A stretch of DNA of 64,000 nt from Hypanus sabinus (lineage: Eukaryota), in the NCBI RefSeq assembly GCF_030144855.1, contig NC_082718.1, forward strand, positions 91,512,001-91,576,000, given 5' to 3'. Made by a program: the position numbers and the translations under genes. The notes beneath the pieces were generated by a model, which did no database searches, was not told where the DNA came from, and worked only from the letters and a program-made list of their open reading frames with translations. Of the stretch, positions 60,601-64,000 are shown piece after piece; position 1 is the stretch's first letter, and every line of letters starts with the position of its first letter.

Positions 60601-63280
60601 ATCCCTTGTGCGTTCCCATCATATTCGGAGCCCCATCAGTAGCTACTGACACCAGATGGGTGGTCTTTATTCCTTTGGCTCTTAAACAATTCAAGACAGC
60701 CTCACAGATGTCCTCCCCCCGTGTTTGGTCTTTTAGAGGTATCAACTCAATCAGTTCTTCCTGTGGCCCGGCAGAGTTTACATACCGGCAGAACAACGCT
60801 ATTTGTTCAATATCACCTTTGTCTTTAGACTCGTCACAGGCAATCGAGTAGGCCACAGCTGAATTGATGTCTTTAATTTGCTGTCTTGTGATGTCTTCTG
60901 CCATTTTTATGGTTCTGTCTTTGACAGTCTTTGCAGAGAGGGGCATATCCCTGATTTTCTGCACAATTTCACTCTTGTTTTTAAAGTCCGTGAATAGATG
61001 TTCTGAAATCTTAATGAAAGATTCTTTTATATATTCACCATCTGTAAACTGCTTCCCGTGCCTGACGATTTCCTGAGCGGCATTATAACTGGCGTATGTC
61101 GTTGATTTTCCAGACGTCATCCATTTCTGGAAATGATTTTTGCTCAGATCAACCTTCCGCATCAGTTCCGAAACGGCTTTTTTTCTCTCATCTCCATCCG
61201 GATATTTTTGAGCAAAGGCTGCGTGTTTACTCTGGAAATGCCTTGCGACATTTGACTTTTTGTTGTTTGCTAGTTTCTCATTGCATATTAAGCATACCGG
61301 TAAACCAGTCTCGTCAACAGTGAAAGCAAATGAATCTGTCCACGTATCATTAAACGTTCTGTTTTCTTCAGTCACTTTTCTTTTTTTAGAATTCTCCATA
61401 GTTGGCTTACCTTGGATCGAAAAATTAAAGAAATCGCGCACTGGCGGGTGTCAGGTATTGGCAGTGGTGACGTATATTAATAGCGATAAAAACACGTTGT
61501 AGCGGTGTGCTCACGCAGTCAGTAAACTGCAGTCGAATAACTTTATTCGAACTAAACAGCCTTGCTTTTAAGCCTCCCTCAACCCAGCCCCCATGGACGC
61601 AGATGCTGCAAAAGACGCGTACTCACAAACCCCCGTAGGCTATCTCCCTTAGCCGGAATGCTGGCTAATTGTGAGCCGTTTCGGATGTGCCAGGAAATGT
61701 GTCGCCACACTTAGATTGTACAAGATCACCATAATCTTCAAATTTAGAATTACATTTCAAAAGCTAACAAACTAACATAAAATACATTTTAATTAAATAC
61801 TGACCAATTATTTCCCAAAGCCACAGGGAGCCGCAGCACAGAGGTGAAAGAGCCACAAATGGCTCGGGAGCCGCAGGTTGCCGACCCCCGGTCTAGCTGA
61901 AGTGACTCCCTGTGTCCATGCAAAGCCAGGGTTCTGAGTCGCAAGGAATTTTATGCAGTGAAGGATTCTTGTCAAGATATCACGCCACTTCTGCTTTTCC
62001 TTCTCAATCTGTGACTGAAATACCGCGTCAATAACTCCTCTGTTTCCAGCTAAATTTCTTTCCATTTCTTTCCACTGTGTGAAGCATTCCCGATGATTCT
62101 TGGCATTTTCAAGAACACTAATCCTTTCAGGTGCTTTCCACTGGTTGAATCCACTTTCCTGCTCCAATGAGGATTGATGGTCTGACTGGGATTAGAGAAG
62201 ACAACAGATACAAAATGCAGACTTTTTAGAAGGGGAATAGACCAGCCATGAGCAAGTCACTTCCTCACCATGACCATTTCCCAATTTCCTCGAACCAAGT
62301 TTTGTTTATTGGGCGGTTATTTGTTGGTAGGAAAAGCCCCTCACTGTTCTGGAAATACTTCGAATCCAGCTTTATTATTTCTGTTCTCAATGCATCAGGC
62401 AGAATTGCTTTTCCAGTATCCTTGTTGCACTTCAGAAGTCCAATGTCATGCTGTTCAATCACTTCTGGTATGACAGTTTGAGGCTCTTTGACACCATCCA
62501 GTTCACTAGGTTCAGTGTCGTCAGGTTCAATCTCGTCAGGTAAAATATCGTCAATATACTCAATATCACTACCACCACCATCGTCTTCTCCTCCTGTGAC
62601 ATCCACATTCTCTGTGGCAGCCTCACTCTTAATCTCATCATACTTGGATTTATCTGACTTGACTTCCTCCTTGGCTTGTGACACATTTGTACTTGATCCA
62701 CCTTCACATTCTAACAAACTTGTAGCAGGTGCAGGCAACTCCATGGAACGTGTGGAACTACTTGATCTGGGCTTTTCAAAGAAGGGCATGAAGAACTTAT
62801 TCGACTTCTTGGCTTCCTCCACCTCCAACTTTCATCTCTTCTGTCCTTCAGCCCTACTTTCCTTCATGAAGAAATGTTTCATACATCTGAAGAAAATACT
62901 TTTTTCACTATCCGAGGATGGCTTGTCTGACTTTAATAGAAACTTCAAGTGGCGCCCAGGGCACGTGCCATACCTGCCATACCTTAGATACGCCACTGAT
63001 TGCAAGTAATCATTTGCACACACAGTAGATTTATAATTTGTGACTTTGGTTTGCGATGTTTTAATGCTTGGAGAGGGGTCTGAACAGGGAAATAGAAATT
63101 ATAAATTCAGAGCTGTGAAATTCGTTAGAAATATTTGCATCTTCTTCAGTGCTTCTTTCATTGTGATTAAAGCCATGTGACTTATGCTTTTCTTTTAAGC
63201 GAGTATCTATATGGGATTGGAGTTCAGAAAGTAAAGAACCACTTTGTTCTGTGGACCTGAGTCCTGCCTTTGGCCCTCAG
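42102..63280 (+). CDS. CFAP251: Cilia- and flagella-associated protein 251 (WDR66), 5' partial: join(42102..42632,45031..45282,46593..46733,48386..48495,54143..54251,63200..63280,>window)
   Basis: Spliced WD40 region [23 protein letters not shown]|[27 protein letters not shown]|[31 protein letters not shown]|RVSIWDW matches vertebrate WDR66; acidic low-complexity N-terminus; downstream neighbour of PSMD9 as in human. Confidence 0.93.
42860..43320 (-). mobile_element. Non-coding retroposon-like repeat with internal subrepeats; shares its end with 54780-55570
   Basis: Shared TTATCAAAGTACG..CAGAATACA..CTGAGATT end; internal imperfect AAACCCC..CACAAAAAACTAA units. Confidence 0.5.
43853..44812 (-). 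mobile_element. CR1 LINE, 5'-truncated, well preserved
   Basis: [53 protein letters not shown]; (ATAACCAT)n tail. Confidence 0.92.
45031..45282 (+). CDS. CFAP251: CFAP251 coding exon 2 (84 aa linker)
   Basis: Strong ttttgcag acceptor and gtaagc donor, open, phase 0-0. Confidence 0.72.
46593..46733 (+). CDS. CFAP251: CFAP251 coding exon 3 (GC donor)
   Basis: [15 protein letters not shown]...RQHLLQ; donor CAG|GCAAGT. Confidence 0.9.
46770..47915 (-). mobile_element. Degraded CR1 LINE fragment(s)
   Basis: [14 protein letters not shown] motif and CR1 3' region. Confidence 0.75.
48386..48495 (+). CDS. CFAP251: CFAP251 coding exon 4
   Basis: [37 protein letters not shown], a GH...WD repeat; ccccag / gtaagt. 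Confidence 0.93.
49577..49872 (+). mobile_element. Full-length tRNA-derived SINE (HE1/V-SINE-like)
   Basis: A box TGGCGTAGTGG, B box GGTTCCATTCC, central GGGTTTCCTCTGGGTGCTCTAGTTTCCTCCCACAGTCCAAAGAC domain, (AATA)n tail. Confidence 0.85.
49885..50730 (-). mobile_element. Degraded Rex1/Babar-like LINE fragment
   Basis: [20 protein letters not shown] motif. Confidence 0.7.
51069..51184. mobile_element. Orphan 116-bp terminus of the Tip100-like hAT found at 57140
   Basis: CAGGGGCATTTCTACAGAAAATAGCGCCTATGGCAAGCACTG...TCAGCTCAAAAATACA is collinear with 57140-57254. Confidence 0.85.
51185..52494 (+). mobile_element. Rex1/Babar-like LINE, 5'-truncated, 255-aa open RT segment
   Basis: [44 protein letters not shown]; ends in an (ATTCTG)n tail. 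Confidence 0.92.
52980..53410 (-). mobile_element. Rex1/Babar-like LINE internal fragment
   Basis: [21 protein letters not shown] motif. Confidence 0.7.
53418..53695 (+). mobile_element. CR1 LINE 3' end
   Basis: GGGCTGAATGGCCTACTTCTGCTCCTATATCTTATGGTCT tail. Confidence 0.75.
54143..54251 (+). CDS. CFAP251: CFAP251 coding exon 5
   Basis: [36 protein letters not shown]; ttgcag / gtgcat. Confidence 0.92.
54780..55572 (-). mobile_element. Non-coding retroposon-like repeat related to 42860-43320
   Basis: Shared terminal ~100 bp. Confidence 0.5.
55640..56280 (-). mobile_element. Rex1/Babar-like LINE 3' fragment, second subfamily
   Basis: [37 protein letters not shown]; (GATA)n tail. Confidence 0.8.
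59465..61399 (-). CDS. hAT transposase (GTF2IRD2/SPIN/Buster-like), 644 aa from ATG 61399, uninterrupted
   Basis: BED-type finger CLIC..H..KH, catalytic ACDESKD and [18 protein letters not shown] (CxxH), [15 protein letters not shown] (catalytic E); no stops or frameshifts. Confidence 0.92.
   Translation of the reverse strand: MENSKKRKVTEENRTFNDTWTDSFAFTVDETGLPVCLICNEKLANNKKSNVARHFQSKHAAFAQKYPDGDERKKAVSELMRKVDLSKNHFQKWMTSGKSTTYASYNAAQEIVRHGKQFTDGEYIKESFIKISEHLFTDFKNKSEIVQKIRDMPLSAKTVKDRTIKMAEDITRQQIKDINSAVAYSIACDESKDKGDIEQIALFCRYVNSAGPQEELIELIPLKDQTRGEDICEAVLNCLRAKGIKTTHLVSVATDGAPNMMGTHKGFVALLQKSLDKKLLTFHCILHQEALCAQTFPPECTEVMDVVIQIVNKIMAKSLNHRQFRLLLDEMESAYSDLLLHNKVRWLSKGEVLKRFVACLEEVKTFLGSKGLTFPELEQPEWLEKLHFMVDMTAHLNTLNTALQGKGRTALHMLEDVLAFERKLTVLARDLQKGTLSHFPNLREFKQGHDMIISEYLHSAIIAMQTSFGKRFCEFREEKNTLSFPVTPLSIDPSLLNTTALAGVSQPDLEMELADIADKDIWVSKFRRLTADLEDVARQKAVLAQNHKWSDIENLPKPDKLVFETWNAMPDIYVNMKKYALGVLSIFRSTYVCEQVFSNMNFIKNKHRAHFTDDSLRSCVKMKVTSYSPDVQTLCAEVQEQKSH
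61498..61709 (-). repeat. Solo-LTR-like segment inside the 5' region of the nested hAT
   Basis: TGTAGCG...CGCCACA inverted termini; minus-strand TTAAAA then AATAAA in LTR order; size and layout like the solo LTR at 40389; TSD ambiguous. Confidence 0.5.
63200..63280 (+). CDS. CFAP251: CFAP251 coding exon 6
   Basis: [27 protein letters not shown]; tttaag / gtatgc. Confidence 0.9.
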
Positions 63281-63319
63281 GTATGCTTTACGTTATACAT
63301 TACAATGTTTTTGCATCAG

Positions 63320-64000
63320 TTCATACAGTCACAGAGTTCTTCAGCATAAAAACAGGTCATGATGACCACGATGTCCATAATAGTGTTCTACACCAATCCT
63401 TTTTCTCCCCATAAGATCCATATCCTTTAACACCTTGCCTAACCTCTTAAATCTGATTCACCACCTTCTCTTGTAAAAAGTTCCAGACAAAGGCCATCCT
63501 TTGTGTAACAACAAAGTTCCATAAAATCCCCTTTAAAACTCCTTCCTCTGACATTAAACCTACACCAGAAACCTTCTACCATTAGAAAAATTATTTGAAT
63601 ATCCACCTTATCTAAGCCTCTAATAATTTTGCAAACCGCTGTCAGGTTATTCTCTCCCCCCCACCCCCCAACCTTAGCCTTCTGCACTCCAAGCAAAATA
63701 AGCTCACCCTATCCAACCAATCATCATAACTAAAGTCCACCAGTCCAGACAACATCCCGGTTAATCTCTTATGCACTGTCTCAAGCTCAATCTTATCCAT
63801 CCTATGGTGTGTCAAACCTGAACTGCACATAATACTCCTAGTATGACCTAACTAGTGTTTTGTAAAATTGCAACATAATATCTCAACTTTTAAACTTTGT
63901 GCCCAAACTATGAAGGCAAGAATGCCTTATGCCGCCTTCAACACCCTGTCTTCTTATGTTGCTGATTTCAGGAAACAATCAACTCGAAGGTCAAGGTCCC
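63320..64000 (-). mobile_element. Degraded CR1 LINE fragment (runs off the window)
   Basis: LETVHKRLTGMLSGL..SYDDWL..LFCLECRRLR; CKIIRGLDKVD. Confidence 0.75.

Larger units (their letters stand above)
58995..61890 (-). mobile_element. Charlie/Buster/SPIN-group hAT transposon, 2896 bp, apparently intact, nested in the older hAT
   Basis: TIRs CAGGGGTCAGCAACCT / AGGTTGCCGACCCCCG (14 of 16 match); perfect 8-bp TSD GTCTAGCT (58987-58994, 61891-61898). Confidence 0.95.
57140..62998 (-). mobile_element. hAT DNA transposon (Tip100/ZMYM1-like transposase), both TIRs present, decayed, split by a nested hAT
   Basis: TIRs CAGGGGCGTATCTA / TAGATACGCCACTG; degenerate 8-bp TSD ATCGCAAC / ATTGCAAG; fragments [48 protein letters not shown] in ORFs 57306-59007 and 61808-62828. 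Confidence 0.88.

Noticed and set aside
59465-61441. Host gene GTF2IRD2, EPM2AIP1 or ZBED-like
   Set aside because: Intronless ORF bounded by TIRs and a perfect TSD and nested within another transposon, so it is treated as a transposase.
62488-63009. Ser-rich 173-aa plus-strand ORF
   Set aside because: Antisense shadow of the acidic N-terminal region of the decayed hAT transposase.

Overview
Eukaryotic, AT-rich, intron- and repeat-rich vertebrate DNA. The repeat content (HE1/V-SINE-like tRNA SINEs, CR1 and Rex1/Babar LINEs, Penelope pLTRs) suggests a cartilaginous fish, probably a batoid ray (inference). Three spliced + strand genes were rebuilt by hand from splice sites and reading phase. 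(1) A complete 6-exon, 251-aa CsgA/C-factor/Sniffer-like short-chain dehydrogenase, 958-9232. (2) A complete 6-exon, 208-aa PSMD9, 14392-30966. (3) The 5' part of CFAP251/WDR66, from ATG 42102 to beyond the window end, with a probable non-coding first exon near 36540-36640 behind an RFX X-box and one GC-AG intron. Most ORF-track entries are spurious or transposon debris. Notable structure: an ~840-bp copy of SDR intron 2 directly upstream of SDR exon 1 (partial tandem duplication). An L1 with both ends and TSD whose ORF2 is deleted in frame (HAL1-like), nested in a Tc1 derivative. A Gmr1-type Gypsy LTR element with inverted INT-RT-RH order and a SCAN-like gag remnant in PSMD9 intron 4. Several Penelope-type minimal hammerhead ribozyme motifs, two with intact cores. 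A nest in a CFAP251 intron: a decayed Tip100/ZMYM-like hAT holds a Charlie/Buster-type hAT with an uninterrupted 644-aa transposase, which itself carries a solo-LTR-like segment just upstream of its start codon.
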